Numbered from the stretch's first letter, positions 18,449-26,956 are shown. The stretch is 46,525 nt of DNA from a virus (IMGVR_UViG_3300044698_000275:1-46525); one strand, 5' to 3'. Notes: generated by a model not told the origin, from the sequence alone. A program made the numbers and translations.

Positions 18449-19545
18449 GGCATCCCCGACCATTCGCGGCCGTCGAGCAGGCGGCCGGCGCGGGCCTTGC
18501 CAAGGCGATAGACGTCCGGCTCGTCGTCGCGGTGCGTTTCCTCGCTCACGCGGGGCGACAGCCGGCCATAGCTCCAGCGATCATCCCAGTGCCACGCCAC
18601 CGGCTCGGTTCGGGTCTGCGGGCCGTCGGCGCATTCCCCCGGCGCCCACTCCCCCCACTGCTTGAAGAAGAAGGGCACCTGCGCCGCGGTGCACTGGTCG
18701 CGGAGGGAGCGGGCCCAGTCGGGGTGCATCGGGCGGGCCGCCTTGCCGGACTCGCCGCCGACGATGACCCAGTCGAGACAGACCATCCCGTCGGCGGCGT
18801 TCCCGGGATACCAGCCGCGCAACGCGTCGATCCGCGCCGGCTCGCCCGCGAACTGCCGCACCGCGATGCTGTTTAGGTCGATCGGGCCGAGCAGCGGCTC
18901 GAGGCTGACGAAGCGGACGGCGGCCGGGGTGGCGAGGAGCTCGGGGATGCGCGCGTCGGCCTCCTGCTGGCGCTCGGCCGAGATGCCGAGCCAGACGTTG
19001 GGGAGCCCGCCGTGCGCACGGTTGATCACCTCATCGCGGACGCGAGACGCCCTGATCGGGTACGTCGTCTTGACCGAGCCCGAAGTGACGCTCTCGAACT
19101 CTTCCATGATCGAAACGGCGTTGCCGCCGAGGTTTCGGCTCAGACCAGCTGCTTGGGTGACATAAGCCCGCATGCGCCCCGACCTCTTGGTTAAGCACTG
19201 GAACGTGTGCTGCGGCGCCAGCGCCATGATGGCGAAGACCTTGTCGATCCAGGCGTCGGGCACCGACTCATGGAACAGGTCGCCGTGGGCGCAGACGAAG
19301 ACCATGCGGGGGCGGCGCCAGCGCAAGGGGAGGTCGAGCCACTGCTCGTTGAAGCGCACCTCGCCGGTCCATACCGGGCCGGCCTTGCTCGGGGTCGTCA
19401 GCCCGGCCCGGCTCGGGTGGTGCTGCAGCCGGGTGCCGGCGAGCGTCATGGCGTAGCAGTTGGTGCAGCCGGGCGAGACGACGGAACAGCCGGTGACCGG
19501 GTTCCAGGTCGCGTCGGTCCATTCGATGTGGGAGTGGTCAGCCAT
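18445..19545 (-). CDS. Phage Gp37/Gp68 family (DUF5131) three-Cys radical-SAM-like protein
   Basis: IEWTDATWNPVTGCSVVSPGCTNCYA, DLFHE, LTKR, RFVSLEPLLGP, WVIVGGESG..ARPMHPDW, FFFKQWG. Confidence 0.92.
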   Translation of the reverse strand: MADHSHIEWTDATWNPVTGCSVVSPGCTNCYAMTLAGTRLQHHPSRAGLTTPSKAGPVWTGEVRFNEQWLDLPLRWRRPRMVFVCAHGDLFHESVPDAWIDKVFAIMALAPQHTFQCLTKRSGRMRAYVTQAAGLSRNLGGNAVSIMEEFESVTSGSVKTTYPIRASRVRDEVINRAHGGLPNVWLGISAERQQEADARIPELLATPAAVRFVSLEPLLGPIDLNSIAVRQFAGEPARIDALRGWYPGNAADGMVCLDWVIVGGESGKAARPMHPDWARSLRDQCTAAQVPFFFKQWGEWAPGECADGPQTRTEPVAWHWDDRWSYGRLSPRVSEETHRDDEPDVYRLGKARAGRLLDGREWSGMP

Positions 19546-19981
19546 TGGAGCCTGCCTTGCCTTCGAACGGCACGACCCTCGGGTCAAGCCCGAGGGCAGG
19601 CTCTTCGGCCGGGTCGAAGTCCGGGTGCTTGGTGGCCATGTGGCGGTGCAGGTCCTGGAACGAGCGGTTGCAGCACGGGCACAGGCCGGCCTTGGCGCGG
19701 GTCCGAAGCCTGGTGACCTGTCCGCGGTAGGCGGCGGCGCTGCGCTCGCTGCGCTCCAGCCGGGCCCGCGCCCGCTCGCGCTCCTGGCGGATCTCGTCGT
19801 CCTTCTGTGCCAGCTGCTGCTTCAGGCGCTCGGCCTCGCCCTCGGGCCCGGTGCCGGGCGGCGCGGCGTAGCCCCTCGGCACCTCGGAGGCGCGGCGGCG
19901 CATGCGCCGGCGCTCGGCGTCGGTCAGCGCGGGTGCATCCTTCAGAAGGTCGAGCTGGCCGGGGAGGTGGTGGGCGACCAT
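19538..19981 (-). CDS. Coiled-coil protein with a C-terminal C2H2-like zinc finger
   Basis: CPCCNRSFQDLHRHMATKH. Confidence 0.65.
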   Translation of the reverse strand: MVAHHLPGQLDLLKDAPALTDAERRRMRRRASEVPRGYAAPPGTGPEGEAERLKQQLAQKDDEIRQERERARARLERSERSAAAYRGQVTRLRTRAKAGLCPCCNRSFQDLHRHMATKHPDFDPAEEPALGLDPRVVPFEGKAGSNG

Positions 19982-19989
19982 GGCGGGCC

Positions 19990-21771
19990 TCAGGGGAACA
20001 GGACGTCGGCGGCGCGCACGTGGCCTGGCCTCGGATAGGTGATCAGGCCCAGGCTGCGCAGTCGGCCGCGGTTGTTGCTGAAGCTGGATGACGTGAGGCT
20101 CTGACCGGCGCGTTCGGCGAGCTGCTCGAGCGGGAGCTCCAGCGGATAGACGGCGACGGCGGCCTGAAGCATGCGGGCCTGCGCGGGCGCGAGTTTCGCC
20201 CGGACGAGGTCCATGATCTCGGCATGGCTCGGCGCCGCCACCGGCGGAGCTGCGTCGCGCCCGGCGTCGGCCAGGGCGACGGTGCCGCCGCTCGGATAGT
20301 CGATCAGGCCAGCGCTGCGCATTGCCCCGAGGTTGTTGCTGAAGGCGGACGACTTGGGGCTCGCGCCGGCGAACCAGGCGACGTTGGCCTTCTCGGGCGC
20401 GGCCTGGCCGATCGCCTCGAGCTGGCGGAGCGCCACCAGGATCCGGCGCTTCGCCGGCGTCAGGCCCTCGGCGTTGACTTCTATGTCAACACGCGCGGCC
20501 GCCTCCTCCGGAGGAGGGCCGGCGGGCGGACTTTCGCCTTCCGGCCGATCGGTCGGCGGGGCTTCGGAAGTGAACTTGACCTTCTGAAGCTGCAGCGAGC
20601 CCAGGGCTTCGGCATCGCCGTTCAGCATGGCGGCGCCGGCGAGAGCCTCGACGACACGGCGCATCTGGGCGTTGGCGCCTTCGCGGTGGCCGTGGCTGCG
20701 CCCCTCCTTGTAGCCCTCCCGTTTTCCCTCTTCGAAAGCCTTGCCGCGGGCCAGCTCGAGGTATGGGCTTCCCTTTGCCCGCTCCTCGTCCCGCCCGTGG
20801 CGCTCGCCGCGCGCGAAGCCCCGCCGCTCGGCTTCGGCGAGCCGCTCCTTCAGATCGGACGGCAACCCCCCGCCCCGGCCCTCCCCCACAAGGGGGGAGG
20901 GAGTGCCGGCAGCGGCGAGGGCTTCGCGGATCGGGCCGACGTCGATCTCCGCCAGCGTCTTGGCCGCCTTTCGTTCGTCGCCGGCCTTGGGCGTCGCCGA
21001 GGTGTCCAGCGTCCGGATGGCGGGCAGCCGCACGCGCTCGAGCATGTCGAGATCGGGCGCCCAGACCCAGGCCTCGCCGGTCTCGAGCTTCGCCAGCGTG
21101 TCGAAGACCTCGCGGGCGAGATCGCGATCGGCGTTGCCCTCGACCCAGGCGCGCAGCGCCTCGCGGTCCTGCGGGCTGGTCAGCCCGAGCGCCACCAGGG
21201 TCGAGAGCTGGGTCAGCACGTCCTTGTGCAGCCGCGCCGGGCGCTGGCTCATGGTGATCAGCCGGAAGCCAAAGGCGCGGCCGCGGCGCGCAATCCGGTC
21301 GACTTCGCCGAGCAGCTGGGCGGTGTCGCCCATCGGGTTCTGCGGCGCGAACAGATCCGCCTCCTCGAGCACCAGCCACAGCGGATCCCGGTTCGCCGCA
21401 TAGAGCTCGTCGAAGAAGGCCGTCGCGAAGCGGATGATCCCTGCCTTGCGCATGTCGGCCAGGTCGAGCACCGCCGGCAGGTTCTCGCTTGCCAACACGC
21501 GGGCGAGCGGGCGCGCCATCTCGTCGACCAGCGGCATGTCGCCATGGTCGCCGCCGAACACCGCGATTCGGTACCCCGGACGCTTGCCGTCGGCGGCAGT
21601 GCGCAAGCCCCACCACACGCCCATCGGATCGACCACGACGACGCGGCGGCCGAGGTCGAGCAGGCGCTCGACCAGCCCTTTGGCGGCATAGGTCTTGCCC
21701 TTGCCCTTCTTGCCCAGGATGGCGATGTCACGCTCCAGAGCGGCGTCGGGGATGGCGTGGGTGCGGGTCAC
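19990..21771 (-). CDS. HerA/FtsK-like (DUF87) P-loop ATPase with C-terminal winged-helix repeats
   Basis: Walker A GKKGKGKT, VVVVDPMG, Walker B LVLEEAD, ARRGRAFG, SQRPA; two SSxFSNNxGxLRSxGLIxYP repeats. Confidence 0.85.
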   Translation of the reverse strand: MTRTHAIPDAALERDIAILGKKGKGKTYAAKGLVERLLDLGRRVVVVDPMGVWWGLRTAADGKRPGYRIAVFGGDHGDMPLVDEMARPLARVLASENLPAVLDLADMRKAGIIRFATAFFDELYAANRDPLWLVLEEADLFAPQNPMGDTAQLLGEVDRIARRGRAFGFRLITMSQRPARLHKDVLTQLSTLVALGLTSPQDREALRAWVEGNADRDLAREVFDTLAKLETGEAWVWAPDLDMLERVRLPAIRTLDTSATPKAGDERKAAKTLAEIDVGPIREALAAAGTPSPLVGEGRGGGLPSDLKERLAEAERRGFARGERHGRDEERAKGSPYLELARGKAFEEGKREGYKEGRSHGHREGANAQMRRVVEALAGAAMLNGDAEALGSLQLQKVKFTSEAPPTDRPEGESPPAGPPPEEAAARVDIEVNAEGLTPAKRRILVALRQLEAIGQAAPEKANVAWFAGASPKSSAFSNNLGAMRSAGLIDYPSGGTVALADAGRDAAPPVAAPSHAEIMDLVRAKLAPAQARMLQAAVAVYPLELPLEQLAERAGQSLTSSSFSNNRGRLRSLGLITYPRPGHVRAADVLFP

Positions 21772-22187
21772 TTGCCGCCGGCCTCCTCGATGGCGAGATG
21801 GGTGAGCCGGCGCTGGAGTTTGAGCAACGTCTCCATAGATTCGCGCTGCCTGGCCATGAGCAGCTCGACGGCGCCCTGGCTTTGCTCGATGCACTGCTGG
21901 CGGCGCCGGCGGGTCACGTCGGGCGCGGACGGGCTTTCGAGGGCCTCCGGCGGCAGGAACCAGGCGACGGGCGCGTCGAGCGCGGCGGCGACCGCCACCA
22001 GGCGGGAGACGGCCACGCGGTTGCGGCCGTTTTCGTACTTCTGCACCTGCTGGAAGCTGACGCCCAGCCGGTGGGCCAGCTTCACCTGGCTCAAGCCCAG
22101 CTGGTCGCGGCGCTCGCGCAGGCGCCGGCCGAGCCAGGCGTCGACGTCGGTGCGGCCGCGGGGGTCCTGCGGGGCGGGCTCAGCCAT
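21768..22187 (-). CDS. XRE-family HTH regulator (PraR/StaR-like)
   Basis: GRRLRERR..GLSQ..LA..LGVSFQQVQKYENGRNRV..SRL..A.AL..P..WF. Confidence 0.88.
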   Translation of the reverse strand: MAEPAPQDPRGRTDVDAWLGRRLRERRDQLGLSQVKLAHRLGVSFQQVQKYENGRNRVAVSRLVAVAAALDAPVAWFLPPEALESPSAPDVTRRRRQQCIEQSQGAVELLMARQRESMETLLKLQRRLTHLAIEEAGGK

Positions 22188-22446
22188 CGGTCTTGCCCCT
22201 AATCGTCCGGAGCTCGCGACGGCAGGTGAACTCCACCAGCACGACCTCCTTGCCCGAGGCGGCGGCGATCGCCTCCGCCCAGGACGTGAGCGACTCGAGC
22301 CTCGCCTCGTCGGCCGCGATCAGCGGCACCGGCCCGATGCCCTGTATCAGAGGCGCGGCGAGCACCCCCTCGCCGCCCTCGTCGCGGCTGAGATAGGCCC
22401 AGATTCGGTCGATCGACTGGATGGTGTTTGGGGGGACGTGCATCAC
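22180..22446 (-). CDS. Hypothetical protein
   Basis: 88 aa; overlapping start/stop coupling in the left operon. Confidence 0.65.
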   Translation of the reverse strand: MMHVPPNTIQSIDRIWAYLSRDEGGEGVLAAPLIQGIGPVPLIAADEARLESLTSWAEAIAAASGKEVVLVEFTCRRELRTIRGKTDG

Positions 22447-22670
22447 AGCACCAGGCGGGCCGGGATGGCGTCGGCGGCGGGGCTGGGCGGCGGGGAGGCC
22501 TCGAGGTCGCGGTCGAAGGCGCGCAGCTCGTCGGCGAACACCGTCTGGGGCGAGATCAGCGACACGTAGGCGTGCACCGGCACGCCGTCCTCGCTGCAGC
22601 CCTCCCAGATGCGGGTGGGCACGCCGTTGAGGTCGATCACCTTGGCGGTCGAGTCGAGAATGATGCGCAT
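22443..22670 (-). CDS. Hypothetical protein
   Basis: 75 aa; AAAGGAG RBS; NGVPTRIWEG motif. Confidence 0.7.
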   Translation of the reverse strand: MRIILDSTAKVIDLNGVPTRIWEGCSEDGVPVHAYVSLISPQTVFADELRAFDRDLEASPPPSPAADAIPARLVL

Positions 22671-22706
22671 GGCAGGGCGCTCCTTTCAGGGGTCAGGGGT
22701 CAGGGA

Positions 22707-23084
22707 TCAGGCGGCGCCGTTGGGGCCGAGGTGCTTCGAGAAGGGCCCGGAGGCCTCCCGCTGCAGCCGCCGGTCGTGGAAGCCCGGCTTGCCGCTGGCC
22801 TCCTGCTGCGGCTCGGCCTCGATCAGGAGGGCGGCGCAGCCTTCGCGGTACTGGGTGAGACGGCTGAGGTTGAACTCGAGCTGCTGGACGTGCTCGAGGC
22901 CGAGGGTCTGGAACTGGCGCAGGCGCTCGATCTCGCGCTCGTAGGCGCGGATCGTCTCCTCGGTCGCCCCGAGGGTGTCGCGGGCGTCGTCGAGCTGATC
23001 CTTGCAGCGGGAAATCTCGTCCTCGGTCGAGCGCCGGCGCTCGGCGATCGCCGTGGCGAAGGTGGTGATGTGGGTGGTTTGCAT
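22707..23084 (-). CDS. Hypothetical coiled-coil protein
   Basis: 125 aa; AAAGGA RBS. Confidence 0.65.
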   Translation of the reverse strand: MQTTHITTFATAIAERRRSTEDEISRCKDQLDDARDTLGATEETIRAYEREIERLRQFQTLGLEHVQQLEFNLSRLTQYREGCAALLIEAEPQQEASGKPGFHDRRLQREASGPFSKHLGPNGAA

Positions 23085-23113
23085 GGCAGGGCGGTCCTTT
23101 CAGGGGTCAGTGG

Positions 23114-23383
23114 TCAGGGGTCAGGATGGGGCTTGGAGCCGGCGAGGCGATGAAGCTCGTTGATCAGGGCCTGGCGGCCGGCGATGGTTATGCGGGCGAG
23201 GCCTTCGTTCTCGAGGGGCACATCGAGGAAGCCCAGGCGCTCGAGCGCGTCGATCGTTTTCGGCAGCGCCCGCCAATGCGGGACCGACCTGTCGCCCTGG
23301 GCGCGCCAGCCGTTCGGATACCATTCCAGCGGCCCCTTGCTGGCGCGGGCGAGTGCGTTGCGCTGGCTGAGCGTGAGCTTCAT
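23114..23383 (-). CDS. Hypothetical winged-helix-like protein
   Basis: MKLTLSQRNAL...TIDALERLGFL...ITIAGRQAL. Confidence 0.6.
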   Translation of the reverse strand: MKLTLSQRNALARASKGPLEWYPNGWRAQGDRSVPHWRALPKTIDALERLGFLDVPLENEGLARITIAGRQALINELHRLAGSKPHPDP

Positions 23384-23670
23384 CCTCGGGTCTCGCCCGA
23401 GGACCGGGTCCCGCCCGAGGACCGCCGCCCGCGCCCATGGCGTGCGTTCTGGGGGCGCATGTCGATGCCGAGCACGGTGGTGACGATGGGGCCGCCGACG
23501 CGGTCGCGGCCGATGCACAGGATCACCCCGTCGACGGTCACCACCCGGGCGCCGCGGCCGGCGTCGAAGTCGGCCTTGGCGGCGATCGCGGCGCGCACCG
23601 CCTCGACGTCGATGCCCCGGCGCCGCTCGAGGTAACGCAGCACGGCGTGGTCGGAGACGGCCAGCGTCAT
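23380..23670 (-). CDS. Hypothetical phage protein (SDHAVLRYLER family)
   Basis: MTLAVSDHAVLRYLERRRGIDVEAVR...IVTTVL; GGAGG RBS. Confidence 0.65.
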   Translation of the reverse strand: MTLAVSDHAVLRYLERRRGIDVEAVRAAIAAKADFDAGRGARVVTVDGVILCIGRDRVGGPIVTTVLGIDMRPQNARHGRGRRSSGGTRSSGETRG

Positions 23671-24035
23671 GATGCCTCCAGGAGCTCGTCGCGGCGGGCC
23701 AGCGTCATCAGGCGGCCGCGGACGGAGTTGGACTTGCGGCCGAGCCGCCGGCCAATCTCGGTGTCGCCCAGGCCCTCGGCCTCGAGCGCGAGCAGCCGCG
23801 CATCCTCCTCGGGCGTGAAGCGGCGGACCACATGATTGCCCCGGGTGACGACAAGCGGCCCCCTGACGCCGCTCCATGGCCTGGTGCCCTTGGGCGGCTC
23901 GGCGGCAAGCTTCAGCAGGTTCCAGGAGACTGCGCCTTGCGAGCATCCGAGGTGCCGCGCGATCCGCGCGACGGTGCATCCCCGCTCGCGCATCTCGACC
24001 ATGCGGACCTTGTCCTCTGCGGTGAGCCGCTTCAT
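23667..24035 (-). CDS. Double HTH protein; second HTH resembles the GcrA/Myb-like DNA-binding domain
   Basis: IARHLGCSQGAVSW and FTPEEDARLLAL..EGL..TEIGRRLGRKSNSVRGRL. Confidence 0.7.
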   Translation of the reverse strand: MKRLTAEDKVRMVEMRERGCTVARIARHLGCSQGAVSWNLLKLAAEPPKGTRPWSGVRGPLVVTRGNHVVRRFTPEEDARLLALEAEGLGDTEIGRRLGRKSNSVRGRLMTLARRDELLEAS

Positions 24036-24364
24036 GGCCGGGCACCGCGTCCTGACGCCTGACCCCTGGCACCTGTTCCCTGGCCCGCCGCCGCGATCAT
24101 GGCCTTCTCGGGCCGGCCGAGCTTGTGGCCGAGGCTGCGGGCGCGGCTGGCGAGGGCGGCGCGGAGGACGCCGGCGCGCGGATAGGCCGGCGTGGCGGTC
24201 GCGGCGAGGGCGCGCCAGACGGTCTTCGACAGCGACACCGGGGCGCCGGTGACGGCGCAGCGCAGGCGCACCCACTTGGGGCCGTCGTGCTCGAGGAACA
24301 CGACGCGCCAGCCGGAGCCGATGCGCGGGGCCTCGTTCTCGAAACAGACGCGGTAGAAGCTCAT
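24032..24364 (-). CDS. Hypothetical protein, first gene of the PL operon
   Basis: GAGGAGGGG RBS; APRIGSGWR..GPKWVRL motif. Confidence 0.7.
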   Translation of the reverse strand: MSFYRVCFENEAPRIGSGWRVVFLEHDGPKWVRLRCAVTGAPVSLSKTVWRALAATATPAYPRAGVLRAALASRARSLGHKLGRPEKAMIAAAGQGTGARGQASGRGARP

Positions 24365-24396
24365 GGTCGTCCCCTCCTCGATTCGAGTCGGGGTCG

Positions 24397-24448
24397 ATGC
24401 TAAGCCCGGTAAAGTTACCGCGTCAAGTGGAAATCGGTAGAATTACCG
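24397..24448 (-). promoter_or_regulatory. PL promoter (TTGACG-N18-TAGCAT) with operators OL1/OL2
   Basis: Palindromes CGGTAAAGTTACCG (24407-24420, in the spacer) and CGGTAGAATTACCG (24435-24448). Confidence 0.8.
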
Positions 24449-24464
24449 GAGCCGATGCGCGGGG

Positions 24465-24839
24465 TCACTCCAGGGGAAGGCCGTACTCGGCGCACAGGCC
24501 CGCGAGGACCTGGGGATTGTCTTCGTCGATCATCGCGAGCCCGTCGCGGCCGGATTCGGTGACGATGGCGTAGAACGGCTTTCGACCGACGTAGCCGCCG
24601 AAGCTGTTCCTGGCGTTGACCCAGCCGCAGATGTGCAGCGAGCGGCCGTTGGCATCGGGGCGCGCCACCAAGCCCTCGAACAGGGCCGATGGCGGGTCCT
24701 TCAGCTCCTTCCTGACGAGGTCCTCGGCAAGCTGACGCTGGGCCGGGGAGATCTCCGCCGCCGCGGCCGGCGCCTGCTGGGCGACAGCCGCCGCCACGAA
24801 GAAGCATGCAGCAGCCATGTGGTGCGGCATTCGAGGCAC
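24465..24839 (-). CDS. Secreted/periplasmic protein in the immunity operon (possible superinfection exclusion)
   Basis: Signal-peptide-like N-terminus; LKDPPSALF...CGWVNARNSFGGYVG..PF motif. Confidence 0.7.
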   Translation of the reverse strand: MPRMPHHMAAACFFVAAAVAQQAPAAAAEISPAQRQLAEDLVRKELKDPPSALFEGLVARPDANGRSLHICGWVNARNSFGGYVGRKPFYAIVTESGRDGLAMIDEDNPQVLAGLCAEYGLPLE

Positions 24840-24863
24840 CTGTCCTTCTCTCCCGGTTGACGG

Positions 24864-25643
24864 CTACTCGACCCCGCGCTCCTCGAGCAGCTCCTTGAGC
24901 AGCTGCCACCGGCGGACCTCCTCCTCGTCCAGCTGGCCGTCGGCGTCGATGATCTCGGGGACGCGGTCGAGGACGAATTGGGCGTGGAGGTGCTCGGCCA
25001 TCACCAGCGCTTCCAGCGCCTCGGCGAACTGAGCGCTGGTGGGAAACATCGTGCGCATGAGCGCATCGACCGCGGGCTTGACGACGCGGCCCTTGATCGA
25101 GCAACGGTCCTTCTGCCAGTCGAGATAGTCCCACAGAATCGCGCGCTCGGCCGCGTGCAGCTCGCCGTCGGAGTTGGCGAAATAGAGCAGGACCACCAGG
25201 CCGTTCACGCTTTCCGCCAAGAGGCCATCGGTGGCGTCGCGCCGCTTGTGCGGCTTCACCGGCTTGGCGAGGTCGATCAGCGGGGCAAGGTAGGCCCGCG
25301 GGTTCTCGCTCACCTCGCCCGTCCGCATGTCCACGATCTCGACAATGCGGTCGATGCGGAAGCATTGAACACGGCTCCTCAGCTCACAGAATCCCCACAT
25401 GACGTAATCGTCGCCGTGGGACTGAACGCTCTTGACCTGGATGACGCGGTGGCTCCGCGCGCCCTTGCCGTCCTCGTAGTGGAGCGCCAGGCGCACCGTG
25501 CCGAGCGGCCCGGCGTCGAGCACCGTTGCCGGTGCCGGCTCCATGTCGTCGTCGTCCGGGCCGGCGGCGCCGGGAACGAAGCCGGGGGGAAGGCGGGACG
25601 GTCGCTCGCCGAAGACGCTGTGGATGCTCGATCGCAGGTCCAT
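24864..25643 (-). CDS. WYL domain plus TerB-like domain protein
   Basis: LHYEDGKGARSHRVI...GFCELRSRVQCFRIDRI (WYL); LLYFANSDGELHAAERAIL and IIDADGQLDEEE (TerB); GAGGA RBS. Confidence 0.8.
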   Translation of the reverse strand: MDLRSSIHSVFGERPSRLPPGFVPGAAGPDDDDMEPAPATVLDAGPLGTVRLALHYEDGKGARSHRVIQVKSVQSHGDDYVMWGFCELRSRVQCFRIDRIVEIVDMRTGEVSENPRAYLAPLIDLAKPVKPHKRRDATDGLLAESVNGLVVLLYFANSDGELHAAERAILWDYLDWQKDRCSIKGRVVKPAVDALMRTMFPTSAQFAEALEALVMAEHLHAQFVLDRVPEIIDADGQLDEEEVRRWQLLKELLEERGVE

Positions 25644-25681
25644 GGCTTCCTCCTCTCATCGAGCGGCCGCCGGCGATCCGC

Positions 25682-26305
25682 TCAGTTGCGCAGCTTCACC
25701 CAGGCGACGGGGAAGGCCCGGTCGACGGACTGATCCTCGATGTCCGGCTCGTCGGGGTTGACGGAGCGAAGGGTGAAGAGGTCGGGCTGCGAGCCCCGGG
25801 TCAGCTTCTTGATGTAGCGGCGGCCGTCGGCCAGGCGCACGTAGCAGGTGCGCCCGACGAGGTCCCGGGGGTCGTGGTCCCTGGGTTCGCAGACCACGAC
25901 GTCGCCCGGCACGAAGCGCGGCCGCATGGACTCGCCGCGCACCACCACCGCGGCACCGCCGGCGCAGCCCGGCGGCGCCTCGATGTCGCCGAGGTAGGGA
26001 TCCTCGCCGTTGAAATCGAACACCTGCTCGCCGGCGCCGGCATAGCCGGCCAGCGCGATCGTCGAGGACCTCTCCTCCGGACCTATGCCCTCGAGCAGCC
26101 AGCCCGCGGTCGTGCCCAGCACCGGGGCGAGCGACAGGATGGTGCGCGTGGAAACGCCGTGCCTGTCGGCCGGATGGTCCTTCGCAGCGCGCCTCAGGTT
26201 GCGGATCGCATCGTCGCTCAGCCCCGCCTTCCGGGAGGCCGCCGTGGCGCTCAAGTTCACAACCTTCAGGCGCTGGTCGACCCGCCTCACAATGTCCTCC
26301 AGCAT
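25682..26305 (-). CDS. cI: CI-like repressor with S24 autopeptidase
   Basis: N-terminal HTH; GYAGAG cleavage site; GESMRP (Ser) and YIKKL (Lys); divergent from cro. Confidence 0.9.
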   Translation of the reverse strand: MLEDIVRRVDQRLKVVNLSATAASRKAGLSDDAIRNLRRAAKDHPADRHGVSTRTILSLAPVLGTTAGWLLEGIGPEERSSTIALAGYAGAGEQVFDFNGEDPYLGDIEAPPGCAGGAAVVVRGESMRPRFVPGDVVVCEPRDHDPRDLVGRTCYVRLADGRRYIKKLTRGSQPDLFTLRSVNPDEPDIEDQSVDRAFPVAWVKLRN

Positions 26306-26309
26306 GTAT

Positions 26310-26386
26310 CGGTAGAATGACCGGATGCCCGGTTCGACGCGACCGGTAAGATGACCGTTGACAGCATCGGTAATTTTACCGATGAT
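26310..26386. promoter_or_regulatory. OR region: three operators and the PR promoter
   Basis: CGGTAGAATGACCG (26310-23), CGGTAAGATGACCG (26344-57), CGGTAATTTTACCG (26368-81); TTGACA (26358) N17 GATGAT (26381). Confidence 0.85.
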
Positions 26387-26393
26387 CGCCGCC

Positions 26394-26660
26394 ATGACGT
26401 CCATCAATCATCTGCTGCGAGTCGCGCGCGCCTACGGCGCGGCCGAAGGAATCGCGCCGTCGACGGTGAGCTGGCGCGTATTCGGAGACACCAAGAAGCT
26501 GGGCGCGCTCGAGACGGGGTCCGACATCCAGATCGGGCGCTGGGAGCGCGCCATGCAGTGGTTTTCCGACAACTGGCCCGCCGGCACCGAGTGGCCGGCG
26601 GGCATCGCGCGGCCGATGCCGCAGCCGGACCAGGCCACCCCCGAATCCAAGGCGAGCTGA
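26394..26660 (+). CDS. cro: Cro-like repressor
   Basis: ARAYGAAEGIAPSTVSWRVFGDTKKL...WFSDNWP....WP; divergent from cI. Confidence 0.8.
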   Translation: MTSINHLLRVARAYGAAEGIAPSTVSWRVFGDTKKLGALETGSDIQIGRWERAMQWFSDNWPAGTEWPAGIARPMPQPDQATPESKAS

Positions 26661-26956
26661 CGCGATGGGGGGGGCAGGGGACAGGCGCCGGGGATCAGGG
26701 CTCGGGAGGTGCGGTCGCGAGGGCCTGTTCCCGACACCCGAGACCCGACCCCTGGCGCCCCGGATCGAGTCCGGGGCAGGCTCTGAACCGAACGGCCGGG
26801 AGATCCCCTCCGGCCTGGCCCCGGACGCGCCGCCGGGGCCGGTGGGGCGCGGGAGTGGTGCCCACCTCGCCCGCGCCCTCCACCTTCGAGGAAGCCTACG
26901 CTTACGCACACTCACAAGCTCGCTCACGCCGGCCAGTCTGTCAGGGATCGGGTGTC

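Noticed and set aside
26665-26956. Protein-coding gene between cro and the CII-like gene
   Set aside because: The region is made of heptamer and REP repeats and hairpins, and its ORFs lack an RBS and realistic composition.
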